Below are positions 31,937 to 41,509 of a stretch of 64,000 bases of DNA, in pieces (position 1 is the first letter of the stretch; each line of letters starts with the position of its first letter). The position numbers and the translations under genes were made by a program. The notes under the pieces are model-generated. The model searched no databases, was not told the DNA's origin, and saw only the letters and a program-made list of their open reading frames with translations. Origin of the DNA: an uncultured delta proteobacterium (lineage in GTDB: Bacteria; Desulfobacterota; Binatia; UBA9968); NCBI GenBank assembly GCA_963755715.1, contig CAVWLW010000024.1:153444-217443 (forward strand), given 5' to 3'.

Positions 31937-31969
31937 ACACAAGGGCGCAGCATGCTGCGCCCTTGTGTT
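31937..31969. terminator. REP-derived hairpin / bidirectional terminator
   Basis: acacaagggcgcagc-at-gctgcgcccttgtgt followed by T run, between convergent genes. Confidence 0.7.
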
Positions 31970-31970
31970 T

Positions 31971-32507
31971 TTACGACCTAAACCAATAACGAATTTTCTT
32001 TCTCAACCCCCGCCCCATCCGCCTTTTCAGCTCGAACCAGATGCGCAAAGACCAGTTGCGCGAAAACCACGCTAAGGAAGTCGACGTGGTGATCCACTGA
32101 TGATTGAACTCGAAGTCGGCTTTGAATTTCCGTATTTGCAGCGTCTTACCGAATTTTCTTTTGAAGATCGCCTTGACGCTGACGGTATTGCGCGTCTCGA
32201 CGAACACCGTGATGGTCTCGACGGGTAGGAGCGTGCGGACGCGCGCGATTTTTTGCGCTAGCGCCACTTCGTTCTTACCGGTGATCTCGACGATGTTGGC
32301 GAGAAGCTCCGGTTCCTGGAGCGTTTGCTCGACGATGGCTCGGCGCAGTTTGATTTCTTGACCCTGGTCGATGTCATAGCCGGCGATCACGAAATAGGTT
32401 TTGTGCTTCGAGGTCTGCATGGATTTTTGCCACCAGTCGAGGGCTCGGTCCATGCAGATGCCCGAGGCCTGGGAAAGCCGTTGCGCGTCCAAGACGCCGT
32501 ACGGCAT
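31971..32507 (-). CDS. Hypothetical protein (start may lie further upstream)
   Basis: 178-aa ORF with host-like codon usage. Confidence 0.6.
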   Translation of the reverse strand: MPYGVLDAQRLSQASGICMDRALDWWQKSMQTSKHKTYFVIAGYDIDQGQEIKLRRAIVEQTLQEPELLANIVEITGKNEVALAQKIARVRTLLPVETITVFVETRNTVSVKAIFKRKFGKTLQIRKFKADFEFNHQWITTSTSLAWFSRNWSLRIWFELKRRMGRGLRKKIRYWFRS

Positions 32508-32674
32508 GGCGACGATTACGATGGAAATGGCGCTTCTCCTTTGCTCGAAGGCTGGATCGGTTTTAAGGCTCGTAGATCCTTACGCTGCGGACCAGCCGCT
32601 GTTGTGCGGCACATGGGCCTTGGCGGATGGTGTTCATTGTGGTCATTTCTCCTTCGTCGGTTGCGCGGCGGTGT

Positions 32675-33700
32675 CTAGCGGTTTTTGTACAGCGAATCGA
32701 CGAAGCCGCTGGTTACCAGCTCGCGGATGAATTTTGATTCGGCGAACCGTTGCGGCGGGATGCCGGTGGGTAGGGGACGGCTGGCGGCAATTTCTTCGAG
32801 GATGGTTTGGATTGCCTCCGGCGTGGCTTCGGGGGCACGCTTGAAATATTTGGTCGCATAGATCTCGTAGATCTTTTCCACGCCGGGCGAGCTCTTTTGC
32901 TTTGTGTATTTCTCCAACACGGCGAGCGCAGCCGACTTATCGGTCTTAAAACGATGGATGCCTTCCACGTAGGCTTTCATGAAGCGGGTGACCAAATCCG
33001 TTTGGCTTTTCAGGAAAGCTTGGCGCGCCGCAAACGGGCCGAAGGGATAAACCAGACCCGACGCGGAAACATCGGCGAGGCGAACATAGCCTGCGGCTTC
33101 GGCGTTGAGCGTTTCCGGGCCGGTGGAGAGCACGCCGCTCTGCACCGAGCCGCCTTTCAATGCGGCGAAGACTTGGGGTCCCGAGCCGGTTTGAAAAATG
33201 GCGACTTCTTTGTCGGGTTGAAGATTCCATTTTTTTAATAGATAGCGTGCCACGAAATCCGTAGTGGCGCCGATCCGGCTGACGCCGAGCTTGGTGCCCT
33301 TGAGTTGCTCCGGTTGTTTGATGCTCGGAATCGACCATAGCTCGAACGGCAACGAATCGATGCTCGCGCCGAGCAACACGACGTCCGAGCCTTGCAAATT
33401 TGCCGCTACCGTCGCGCCGCCCGCCGTGAAAGAGATCGCGACATCACCCGCGATCAGCGCTTGCAGCGACGGCGGCCCACCGGCGATATAAATAAACTCC
33501 GGCTCGATATGGTATTTTTTGAAGAGTCCGGCTTCCTTTGTAAGCCAGAGCGGGCCGTAGACAAGCGCGATCGAAGTGTAAGCGATGCGCAGAGGCTCGG
33601 CCTGCGCCGCCGCGGCGTAAATCAAAAGTATTATCGAGAGCAGCCACTGCGCTACTCTTCGGCGCTTCAAGAGCCGGACGACGAGCGTGAGTTTCCGCAT
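32675..33700 (-). CDS. ABC transporter substrate-binding protein (NMT1/SsuA-like)
   Basis: Signal peptide, LRIAY, EAGLFKKY, QALIAGD, LKGTKLG, SGFVDSLY. Confidence 0.9.
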   Translation of the reverse strand: MRKLTLVVRLLKRRRVAQWLLSIILLIYAAAAQAEPLRIAYTSIALVYGPLWLTKEAGLFKKYHIEPEFIYIAGGPPSLQALIAGDVAISFTAGGATVAANLQGSDVVLLGASIDSLPFELWSIPSIKQPEQLKGTKLGVSRIGATTDFVARYLLKKWNLQPDKEVAIFQTGSGPQVFAALKGGSVQSGVLSTGPETLNAEAAGYVRLADVSASGLVYPFGPFAARQAFLKSQTDLVTRFMKAYVEGIHRFKTDKSAALAVLEKYTKQKSSPGVEKIYEIYATKYFKRAPEATPEAIQTILEEIAASRPLPTGIPPQRFAESKFIRELVTSGFVDSLYKNR

Positions 33701-33797
33701 CGGCTTTTTCCGTGTTTGCAATCTGTAAGTTAGATTGCCAATCCTGTCAAGCAAATGAGCCAGGGATTGAACACCTCAATCGTCGGATTAAAGAAGA

Positions 33798-33820
33798 GGG
33801 CGACCGCCGGTCGCCCCTAC
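33798..33820 (-). repeat. GTAG-type REP (GTAGGGGCGACCGGCGGTCGCCC on the minus strand)
   Basis: Identical 23-mer at 40330-40352. Confidence 0.8.
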
Positions 33821-33869
33821 ACCTTTTTCGGCAGGCGCACGAGGAATTGAACCGAATCGATCAGCAATT

Positions 33870-35132
33870 TCAGCCGCGAAAATATTCTTTAAACCCCGTC
33901 ACCATGAGATTGGCCAGGCGTTCATTGTAACTTTCGACGTGACCGTAGTGGGTGAGTTGCGGCACCACGATCAAACGCAAGGCGTCGGCAAACGGCGCAA
34001 ATTTTTTGAACGCGTAGACTTCGCGGCGAAATTCGAGGCCCTTTTCTCCGCCTTCGATCCAATGTCCCTTGTCGTTCTCGCCGACGATGTGGAGCAGCTT
34101 TTTGCCGCGCAAGCGGTTCAAATCCGATTTATAGGTGATGAACAATTCTTCGTCGGGCAACCCGGAAAGTTTTTTGATGTCGGGCAGCAGCACGTCGTGG
34201 GCGCTGTGCTCGATGTCCTGTAAAAATGGCTTGAATTGAGGACGGCGATGATTCTCGAGCTCGAACCATCGCTCCACGCTGCCCCACGGCTGATTCGGTC
34301 CGACATAGCCGCTCTTGGCGTAACCTTTGGGCGAGCGGCGGCTTAGATCGGTGAGATTGCGAAATCGTGCGGCGCGTTCTTCGGGCGATTTCTTCGCGCA
34401 GGCCAAGTCCCATTCTTTGCGCACCCAGGCCGGCATGCCGGTGCCGAAGCCGAGGCCGCCGATGAGTTTATTCTTCAAGCCGTACTGTTCCATCAGATAG
34501 AAATATTCGCCGCCCGTCGAATGGCCCCACATGAAGATCGCTTCTTTGAGATTTTTCTCGACCAGGGCTTTGATCGCTTCCGTGCACATTCTGAAGGTAT
34601 AGACGGCGAGACGATTCTTGAGCTCCGAATCGCTCGGAATCTCGCCGATGACGAACTCCGGCCTGCGCTCGGCGATCGGCGGCCAGGGTTTGCGGCTGTA
34701 GTGGCCGGGGAGCGAGATCGCCAGAACCGGAATGCCGAGTGACGCGATATGCTGCGCCATGCCGACCCGCGCTTTTGCAGGATCGGTCTTTGTCAGGTCG
34801 GGATATTCCTCGGGGCCGTCCGGCGTAAAAATAAATTCGTACTCGTTAACAGCGCCGCCGTGAATCATCACTACGGCCATGTCGGGAATGGAAAGTCTTG
34901 CCGGCGTAAACAGCCGGCCGTGAATGTCCCACTGAAATAACTCGCCGGGTTTGTCCGGATTGGCATAACGGCGAATACTTTCCTGAACCTCTTTAATTGC
35001 GACGGCCGTGCGCGGAAACGGATCGGGAAAAGTTTTATAGTCGTCGAAGGGCATGTAGTAAATGAATTCGTCTTTGAGACCGGCGCCGGTTTTCAGCGCC
35101 GCGATTAGGTTGCTCATTGCGGCTTGGCTCAT
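33870..35132 (-). CDS. Uncharacterised alpha/beta hydrolase-fold protein
   Basis: MIHGG oxyanion motif, SLPGH, WGHSTGG elbow, GEND, THYGH. Confidence 0.7.
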   Translation of the reverse strand: MSQAAMSNLIAALKTGAGLKDEFIYYMPFDDYKTFPDPFPRTAVAIKEVQESIRRYANPDKPGELFQWDIHGRLFTPARLSIPDMAVVMIHGGAVNEYEFIFTPDGPEEYPDLTKTDPAKARVGMAQHIASLGIPVLAISLPGHYSRKPWPPIAERRPEFVIGEIPSDSELKNRLAVYTFRMCTEAIKALVEKNLKEAIFMWGHSTGGEYFYLMEQYGLKNKLIGGLGFGTGMPAWVRKEWDLACAKKSPEERAARFRNLTDLSRRSPKGYAKSGYVGPNQPWGSVERWFELENHRRPQFKPFLQDIEHSAHDVLLPDIKKLSGLPDEELFITYKSDLNRLRGKKLLHIVGENDKGHWIEGGEKGLEFRREVYAFKKFAPFADALRLIVVPQLTHYGHVESYNERLANLMVTGFKEYFRG

Positions 35133-35318
35133 TTGTTTTCTCCTATATTTGCGATCGGGTTTTTGAAATTATATGGGGCTGAACACCGATCATTGTCAAC
35201 ATGACACATGAAACTCTGAGGAGTTCGGTCTAAAGCGGATGTTTGAAAAGCGCGCACGCACTTGATGGTCCGCGCGATTCTGGGTTAAAGAAACAGTAAC
35301 ACTTCGGAGGAGGTTTGG

Positions 35319-36420
35319 ATGGCAGAAAGCATTACGCGTCCGTCGTACGAAAAAGTCGAGCGCAAGGTGGAGGTGATGGACACCCCGTACGATCGTTGGA
35401 TCAGCTCCCAAGGGGTCGATGTGGTTCGCGGGTTTTTCGTTGAAGATCTTTACACCATACCGCTCAAGCCATGGGACCGCATGGGCGGCACCGGCGTCTA
35501 CATCATGCTAGATGGAACCGGTTATCTCGACGATGCCTACGTGGTCGGGATTCCTCCGGGCAAGAACCTCAAGCCGCAGCGCCACATTTACGAAGCGCTT
35601 TATTACGTGCTCGACGGTCGCGGCGCGACCACGGTATGGCAGAGCAACGGCGCCAAGCAGAGCTTCGAATGGCAGACCGGTAGTTTGTTTGCGATTCCGC
35701 TCAACGCTTCCTACCAGCACTTTAACGGCCAGGGCGACAGAGAGGCGCGCCTGCTCGCAGTCACGACGGCGCCGCTGGTTTTCAATTTGTTTCACTGCGA
35801 AGACTTCGTGATCAACAATCCCTATGCCTTCACCGACCGCTTCAAAGGCGAGGACGGTTACTTCGCCGGCAGCGGCAAGCTCTACAGCGACCGCGTGGTT
35901 GAAACCAATTTTGTTGCGGATGCGATCAACATCGAGCCGGTGGCGTGGACCGAAAGAGGCAAGGGCAACGCGACGATCTTCTTCGAAATGTCGGAGAGCA
36001 TGATGGGCTCCCACGTTTCCCGCTTCCCCGTCGGCGTCTACAAGAAGGCACACCGGCATGGTCCCGGCGCGCATGTTTTCATACTTACGGGGAAGGGCTA
36101 TTCGCTGCTTTGGCCCGAGGGAGAAAAGATGACCCGCGTCGATTGGAAGCGCGGCTCGATCGTGGTGCCGCCCGAAGGTTGGTTCCATCAGCACTTTAAT
36201 TCGAGCGCCGAACCGGCGCGTTATTTGGCGCTGAAAATCCTCAGCCGGAAATACAAACTGCAGCCGGGAAAAATCCAGTCCGACGTGCCGTTGGCTTTCG
36301 GCGGCTGGCAAATCGAATACGAAGATGAAGATCCGATCATTCGTCAAGACTTTCGAACAGGAGTGCGCCAAGTCCGGCGCTGAAGTAAAGATGCCGTCAC
36401 TGGCTAAAGCGGCCAATTGA
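35319..36420 (+). CDS. Bicupin protein (gentisate-dioxygenase-like fold); C-terminal frameshift
   Basis: PQRHIYE..YVLDGRG..YQHFN and KAHRHGPG..WFHQHFN. Confidence 0.8.
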
Positions 36421-36445
36421 CAACATGACGGCCTTTCTTAATAAT
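36417..36445 (+). promoter_or_regulatory. Candidate sigma70 promoter
   Basis: TTGACA-17 bp-AATAAT upstream of the VOC gene. Confidence 0.5.
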
Positions 36446-36489
36446 AATGTATAAGAGCGCTAAAACGTTTGCTTTCTAAGGAGACACCC

Positions 36490-37320
36490 ATGCTGAAGCC
36501 GATAGGACTTACCGAAGGACATTACGAATGCCGGTCATTGGACGAAACGCTGCCGATCTTTACCGATCTTCTAGCCGCGCAAGTCATCGAGCGCACCGAA
36601 AAGCAGGCGGTCGTCAAACATCCGAATACGGCGTGGCGTCTGGTGATTCACCAAGCCGGACCGGATTCCAAAAATAAACCGCACACCAACCATTATGGTT
36701 TTCGCGTCGCGACCTCGAAAGAAATTCCCAAGGCGCACCAATACATTTCCGATCACAAGGCGCAGTACAAGATCAAAAGCGTCACGGCGCCGCACGAGGC
36801 CCATTTCGCTTATTCGATCTATTTCAAAGAGCCGGGCGGCAATGACCTCGAAATCGAATACTACAATCCGGGAGCAAGCAAACATGGCCGGCAGAACGCC
36901 GCGACGCACTGGACCACGCCGTTGACGGAAGCAGATTTTCCCGGCAGAGGCTACATTCCCCAGGCGATGAGCCACGGCACGCTGAATTGCGACGATAAAG
37001 AGGCGAGCGACAAGTTTCTGGCGAACGTGCTGGGGTTATCGATCATCGGCGGCGGGCGCATGTCGACCTACATCAGTGTGCCGAATATGGGGCCGTGGTA
37101 CGTCGTGGTGCTGCCGACGCCCCATCGCGATTATCTCTCGGAGGCGAATCGGTTTACTCTGCAGGTGGCGACGCCGGAAGAAGTCGAAGATGCCCACAAA
37201 GAGTTCTCGGCCAAAGGCAAAGAGCTCGGTGTGACGGAGCTTCGCGAGCTCCAGACCAATGGCAAGGCGCACTTTTTACTGAGCGACATCAGCAAGAACT
37301 GGTGGGAAATCACCTCGTAA
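36490..37320 (+). CDS. Two-module VOC/glyoxalase family protein
   Basis: NHYGFRV, SIYFKEPGGNDLEI, MSHGTL, SD..KNWWEI. Confidence 0.8.
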   Translation: MLKPIGLTEGHYECRSLDETLPIFTDLLAAQVIERTEKQAVVKHPNTAWRLVIHQAGPDSKNKPHTNHYGFRVATSKEIPKAHQYISDHKAQYKIKSVTAPHEAHFAYSIYFKEPGGNDLEIEYYNPGASKHGRQNAATHWTTPLTEADFPGRGYIPQAMSHGTLNCDDKEASDKFLANVLGLSIIGGGRMSTYISVPNMGPWYVVVLPTPHRDYLSEANRFTLQVATPEEVEDAHKEFSAKGKELGVTELRELQTNGKAHFLLSDISKNWWEITS

Positions 37321-37345
37321 AATAACCGCCGGAGTTTAAAATTCT

Positions 37346-37386
37346 AACGCCGCTAGCGAATGATTCGCTAGCGGCGTTTTTATTTC
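37346..37386 (+). terminator. Rho-independent terminator
   Basis: 15-bp stem aacgccgctagcgaa/ttcgctagcggcgtt followed by T tract. Confidence 0.9.
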
Positions 37387-37446
37387 TGTGGCCCATTCAG
37401 AAACAGGTTTTCACTTGCGCCAGAGTGGCGCGCGTATGGCGGTTGT

Positions 37447-37938
37447 TTAACCGGCTTGCGGCTTGCCGCGCTTGTCGTGCGAGCGCAGGAAAAGATCATA
37501 GAACGATGCGATGCTGCGTTCTTCCATCTCCGGGTGACCGTCTCTGTTGTGCGAGAGTAACGTTAGGCTGAGTTGTCTCTTTTGCAACTCCAACAACACG
37601 GCGCCGTTGAGCTCTAAGTAGTATCCGACCGTGCGCAGTGTATTGGCTAAGCCGTAGAAATCGGGCAGACGATTGGGCTGTGTTCGATGCGCCCGTCCCT
37701 GGCGCTCGAGCTGGTCGATATCCTGGCTGGTAAAAGTCAGTGATCCGTTGAGTCCTTCGCTGCGCCGTCGCTGCTGCCATTGACGCAGCGCCCCGAGCAT
37801 CGAGGTTTCCTTTTCAGGCTCGCCCTTGACGACAAATTGGTCGCCGCGACAGCTCATTTCAAAAACGGTGATCCGTTGGGCTTCGAGCGACTGCCCGATC
37901 GAGCGAAGTTGTTGGCGGTACGATTTGAGATTTTCCAT
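37447..37938 (-). CDS. Hypothetical protein with internal repeat
   Basis: QQLRSIGQSLE and NTLRTVGYYLE. Confidence 0.6.
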   Translation of the reverse strand: MENLKSYRQQLRSIGQSLEAQRITVFEMSCRGDQFVVKGEPEKETSMLGALRQWQQRRRSEGLNGSLTFTSQDIDQLERQGRAHRTQPNRLPDFYGLANTLRTVGYYLELNGAVLLELQKRQLSLTLLSHNRDGHPEMEERSIASFYDLFLRSHDKRGKPQAG

Positions 37939-38033
37939 AAAAGTTCGTCGTTAGCCGATTTATACGTGTCCGACCGATGCGCGTTCATAGCATTCCACCG
38001 CCTGGTCCACAAGCCCCGAAACGGCCAACTTTC

Positions 38034-38062
38034 TTGACAAGAATTGGCACGAAACGTAAGGT
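38034..38062 (+). promoter_or_regulatory. Candidate sigma70 promoter for the UbiD operon
   Basis: TTGACA-17 bp-TAAGGT. Confidence 0.5.
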
Positions 38063-38100
38063 GAATCTTTACTAAAGGTCTGGTTTGCACGGAGGCATTC

Positions 38101-39579
38101 ATGGCACGACCGGAGAGAATCGGCAGATCCCAGAGCGCGGTCAGCTACCGCGGTTTACGCGACTGGCTCGACCAGGTGGAAAAACTCGGCGAGTTACTCA
38201 AAGTCAACGGCGCCCACTGGGACCGCGAGATGGGCAGCGTCACACAGATGCTCACGGAAAGCGGCAAGGGCAAAGCCCCCGCTATTTTATTCGACGAAGT
38301 GCCCGGTTATGCCAAAGGCTACCGCACGCTCTACGGCCAATTCTCCACTATCAAACGGGTTGCGCTCACTTTGGGCTTACCGCTCGAATACGAGCACAAA
38401 GCCGACATCGTCAAAGCGTATCACCACGTCATGACCGACATGAAGATGCTCAAGCCCAAAATGGTCAAGACCGGCCCCATCTTCGATAACGTTCTAGAAG
38501 GCGACCAAGTCGACGTGCTCAAGCTCCCCGTACCGATCCATCACCAAGCCGACACCCACCGCTATATCGGCACCGCCGACATGTGCATCACCAAAGACCC
38601 CGACGCCGACTGGTATAATTTCGGCGCCTACCGCTGCGAAGTCTACGACGGCAAAACCATCGGCTGCCAGATCACCGAAGGCAAGCACGGCCGCATTCAT
38701 CGGGATAAGTATTTCGAAAGAGGGCAGAGCTGCAAATTCGCCATCGTCTGCGGCCAAGACCCGCTGCTCTATTTACTCTCCGCCAGCCCGCTGCCATCCG
38801 GAGTGTCAGAGTATGACTTTGCCGGCGGCATCCGCGGCGAACCGGTCGAAGTCGTCAAAGGGCCGTTCACCGGCTTTCCCATCCCCGCCGACGCCGAGAT
38901 CGTCATCGAAGGCGAAGCCGTCCCCGGACAGACCCAGCCCGAAGGGCCCTTCGGCGAATGGATGGGGTATTACTCCGACGACGTCGTCCCCCGGCCCTAC
39001 TTAAACGTCAAGACGGTCCTGTATCGAAACGATCCTATTCTCACCTGCGCCCCCCAGCACAAACCGGTCGACGAGACCGGGCTGCTCAAAGGCATCGCCG
39101 GCGCCGCCGAAGTCTGGAAAGCGCTCGAAGCCTGCGGCTTACCCGACATTCTCGGGGTCTGGAATCACGAAGGCGCCCCCGCCACCCGGTTCACCGCCAT
39201 CCAGATCCGCCAGCGCTACCCCGGCCACGCCCGCAACGTGCTCCATGTCGCCTCCAACTGCATGGCCGGCGCTTACAACGGCAAGTGGACTGTGGTCGTC
39301 GACGACGACGTGGACTGCTCGGACATGGATCAAGTTCTGTGGGCGATGGGCACGCGCTTTGATCCGGTCACCGACATCGACATCGTGCAGAAGGCGTGGT
39401 CTTCGGGCCGCGACCCGATGTTTTTACCGGGCAATTTCAATAATCGCATCTTGATCGACGCGTGCCAGCCGTACAACCGAAAACTAAAGGGAGAATTCCC
39501 CAAAGTCGTGGAAGTCCCGGAAGATGTGCGCGCTAAGCTGAAAGCTAAGTTTCCGCAAATTTTCAAAGCGCAATCGTAG
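38101..39579 (+). CDS. UbiD family (prFMN-dependent) decarboxylase
   Basis: LRDWL, PAILFD.VPG, RYIGT, N.GAYR, PADAEIVIEG, EGPFGEW.GYY, VVDDDVD..V.WA..TR. Confidence 0.92.
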   Translation: MARPERIGRSQSAVSYRGLRDWLDQVEKLGELLKVNGAHWDREMGSVTQMLTESGKGKAPAILFDEVPGYAKGYRTLYGQFSTIKRVALTLGLPLEYEHKADIVKAYHHVMTDMKMLKPKMVKTGPIFDNVLEGDQVDVLKLPVPIHHQADTHRYIGTADMCITKDPDADWYNFGAYRCEVYDGKTIGCQITEGKHGRIHRDKYFERGQSCKFAIVCGQDPLLYLLSASPLPSGVSEYDFAGGIRGEPVEVVKGPFTGFPIPADAEIVIEGEAVPGQTQPEGPFGEWMGYYSDDVVPRPYLNVKTVLYRNDPILTCAPQHKPVDETGLLKGIAGAAEVWKALEACGLPDILGVWNHEGAPATRFTAIQIRQRYPGHARNVLHVASNCMAGAYNGKWTVVVDDDVDCSDMDQVLWAMGTRFDPVTDIDIVQKAWSSGRDPMFLPGNFNNRILIDACQPYNRKLKGEFPKVVEVPEDVRAKLKAKFPQIFKAQS

Positions 39580-39597
39580 GCCGCGAGGAAAACAAAG

Positions 39598-40323
39598 ATG
39601 GTTTTTGCCAGTTGGCGCGGCGTTGTCGGCTGCGTCAAGCCGACACATCGACCAGGCTCTCTCGAAGAATTCATTCGTCTGTTGCCCGAAGGGATCGGTG
39701 TCGTGCCGGTTTATTTGAACTTTCAGCGCGGCACCGAGGATGAATTTCGTGCCGCGTTAAACGCTGTGCACGAAAAGGTCGACGAGCTCGCCAAGGAAGG
39801 CGTCGATTTGATTCACCCGGAAGGCGCGCCGCCGTTCATGGTGCACGGTTTCAAGGGCGAGGAAAAAATCGTCAAGGAGTGGGAAGCGGAATTCAAAATC
39901 CCCATCGTCACGGCGGCGCAGACCCAGGTCGAAGCGCTGCGCGCGCTCGGTGTCAAAAGATTCGTCGGCGTCACTTATTTCACCGGCAGTATCAACGATA
40001 TGTTCACCCGCTATTTTCAGGAAGCGGGATTCGACGTTCTCGCCATGGAAGGAATGGAAGTAGCGTTTGCCGACGTCGGCCGCTTGGCGTCGACGGAAAT
40101 CTACGCGCACACGCGCAGAGCTTTCCTCAAAAATCCCGGCGCCGATGGTATCTATATGCTCGGCACCGGCTGGCGTTGTCTCGACATCATTCATTTGCTC
40201 GAAGAAGATTTGCAGGTGCCGGTGGTTCATGCGGTGCCGGCGCGGGTCTGGTCGGTGCAAAAACGCTTGCACGTCCGGCAGGCAGTGAAGGGATTCGGCA
40301 GGCTGCTGGAAGAGATGCCGTAG
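39598..40323 (+). CDS. Asp/Glu racemase / maleate isomerase / arylmalonate decarboxylase superfamily protein
   Basis: PEGIGV, ALRALGVKR..VTY, YF.EAGFDV, ADGIY, LEEDL.VPVV, GFGRLL. Confidence 0.85.
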   Translation: MVFASWRGVVGCVKPTHRPGSLEEFIRLLPEGIGVVPVYLNFQRGTEDEFRAALNAVHEKVDELAKEGVDLIHPEGAPPFMVHGFKGEEKIVKEWEAEFKIPIVTAAQTQVEALRALGVKRFVGVTYFTGSINDMFTRYFQEAGFDVLAMEGMEVAFADVGRLASTEIYAHTRRAFLKNPGADGIYMLGTGWRCLDIIHLLEEDLQVPVVHAVPARVWSVQKRLHVRQAVKGFGRLLEEMP

Positions 40324-40329
40324 AAGACC

Positions 40330-40352
40330 GGGCGACCGCCGGTCGCCCCTAC
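40330..40352 (-). repeat. GTAG-type REP
   Basis: gggcgaccgccggtcgcccctac, identical to 33798. Confidence 0.8.
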
Positions 40353-40383
40353 GATTTCAATTTGTATAGCGCGATTTATTGCT

Positions 40384-41376
40384 CTAGAATTTTCCTTCTT
40401 TTTCTAATTTCTTCACAAACCGATCGTCTACCAAATCTTCCGCTTTGAGCTTGCGGATTTTTTCGTTGGTTTGGCCGAGCAGGCGGATGACATTGCGCAC
40501 GCCGTCGGCACGCGGGTAGATTTTCCGCTCGTAGATATTCGCCAGCGTGTCGTAGCCTTCCATGGCTTGTTCGACTTTTTGTAGCCGCAGGCCTTTCATC
40601 AAACTTTTTAGCACTGCCGGTTTGTTTTCCGGTTGGGCGATGAAGTGCAGCGAATCGACCACGCCTCGCAACATGTTCTCAACGACTTCAGGGGAAGCAT
40701 TCATATAGCGCCGAGTCGTCAGAGTGCCGGTGCTCTGGAATGGGATCGGCAGCTTGGCGAGGTCGCCGAGGTTGGTAAAACCTTTGCTGATCAGCGGCGC
40801 GGAGAAGGTATAGCCCAAATGGGTTGCGGCGACCGTGTCGTTGGCCAGGGCCTGGCTGCGCACCGACTCGTCGCCGAGAATCCGAAAAGTGATGCCGTCG
40901 CGCTTGGCGTCCAGCCCCCAGTATTCAAGCGCCAGCGTCGTAAACATCCAACTGCCGCCGCTAGCGCTGGTGACGGCGATGGTTTTGCCTTTGAGGTCTG
41001 CCGGCGTCTTGATCTTGGGCGAGGCCATGATGTTGCCGATCAGCTTGTTGATGATGCCGGCGACAAAGACCAGATCCATGCCCTCGGCGGCTGAGCCCAG
41101 CACCGCGCCCGTGGCCGAACCTGAATGCAGTTGAGTTTCGCCGGAGGCGAGGGCCGCCATGCCGACCGGACCATTGCGCACGATGACAAAGGTCAAGTCC
41201 AAACCGTAGCGGCGAAAAAAGCCCTGGTCCTGAGCTACGTAGTTGACCGCATCGCGCTCGCTGAACGATCCGCTGGTCATCACGACTTTCGTCAAAGTTT
41301 GGGCCGCGTATAGATTCGCAGCGGCGCAAAGCGCGCAGATCAAAAGGGCAAGGAAAAATCTCAGACTTTGTTTCAT
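40384..41376 (-). CDS. ABC transporter substrate-binding protein (NMT1/SsuA-like)
   Basis: Signal peptide, QGFFRRYGLD, DLKGKTIA, DDRFVKKLEKEG. Confidence 0.9.
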   Translation of the reverse strand: MKQSLRFFLALLICALCAAANLYAAQTLTKVVMTSGSFSERDAVNYVAQDQGFFRRYGLDLTFVIVRNGPVGMAALASGETQLHSGSATGAVLGSAAEGMDLVFVAGIINKLIGNIMASPKIKTPADLKGKTIAVTSASGGSWMFTTLALEYWGLDAKRDGITFRILGDESVRSQALANDTVAATHLGYTFSAPLISKGFTNLGDLAKLPIPFQSTGTLTTRRYMNASPEVVENMLRGVVDSLHFIAQPENKPAVLKSLMKGLRLQKVEQAMEGYDTLANIYERKIYPRADGVRNVIRLLGQTNEKIRKLKAEDLVDDRFVKKLEKEGKF

Positions 41377-41509
41377 GGTGTTCCTCCGCGCGCCGACAGT
41401 AAAGAAATCGCCTGTTTCGGTCAAGCGCGCAGTGCCCGTCGCTATTTAAAATGAATCGGCTCTCAGCGCGAGTAGACAGGTCCGAAAAGCTGTGTAATTG
41501 TACGCGATC

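Noticed and set aside
38044-38060. sigma54 promoter (TTGGCAC) upstream of UbiD
   Set aside because: No TTGC -12 element at the required spacing; a sigma70 reading fits better.
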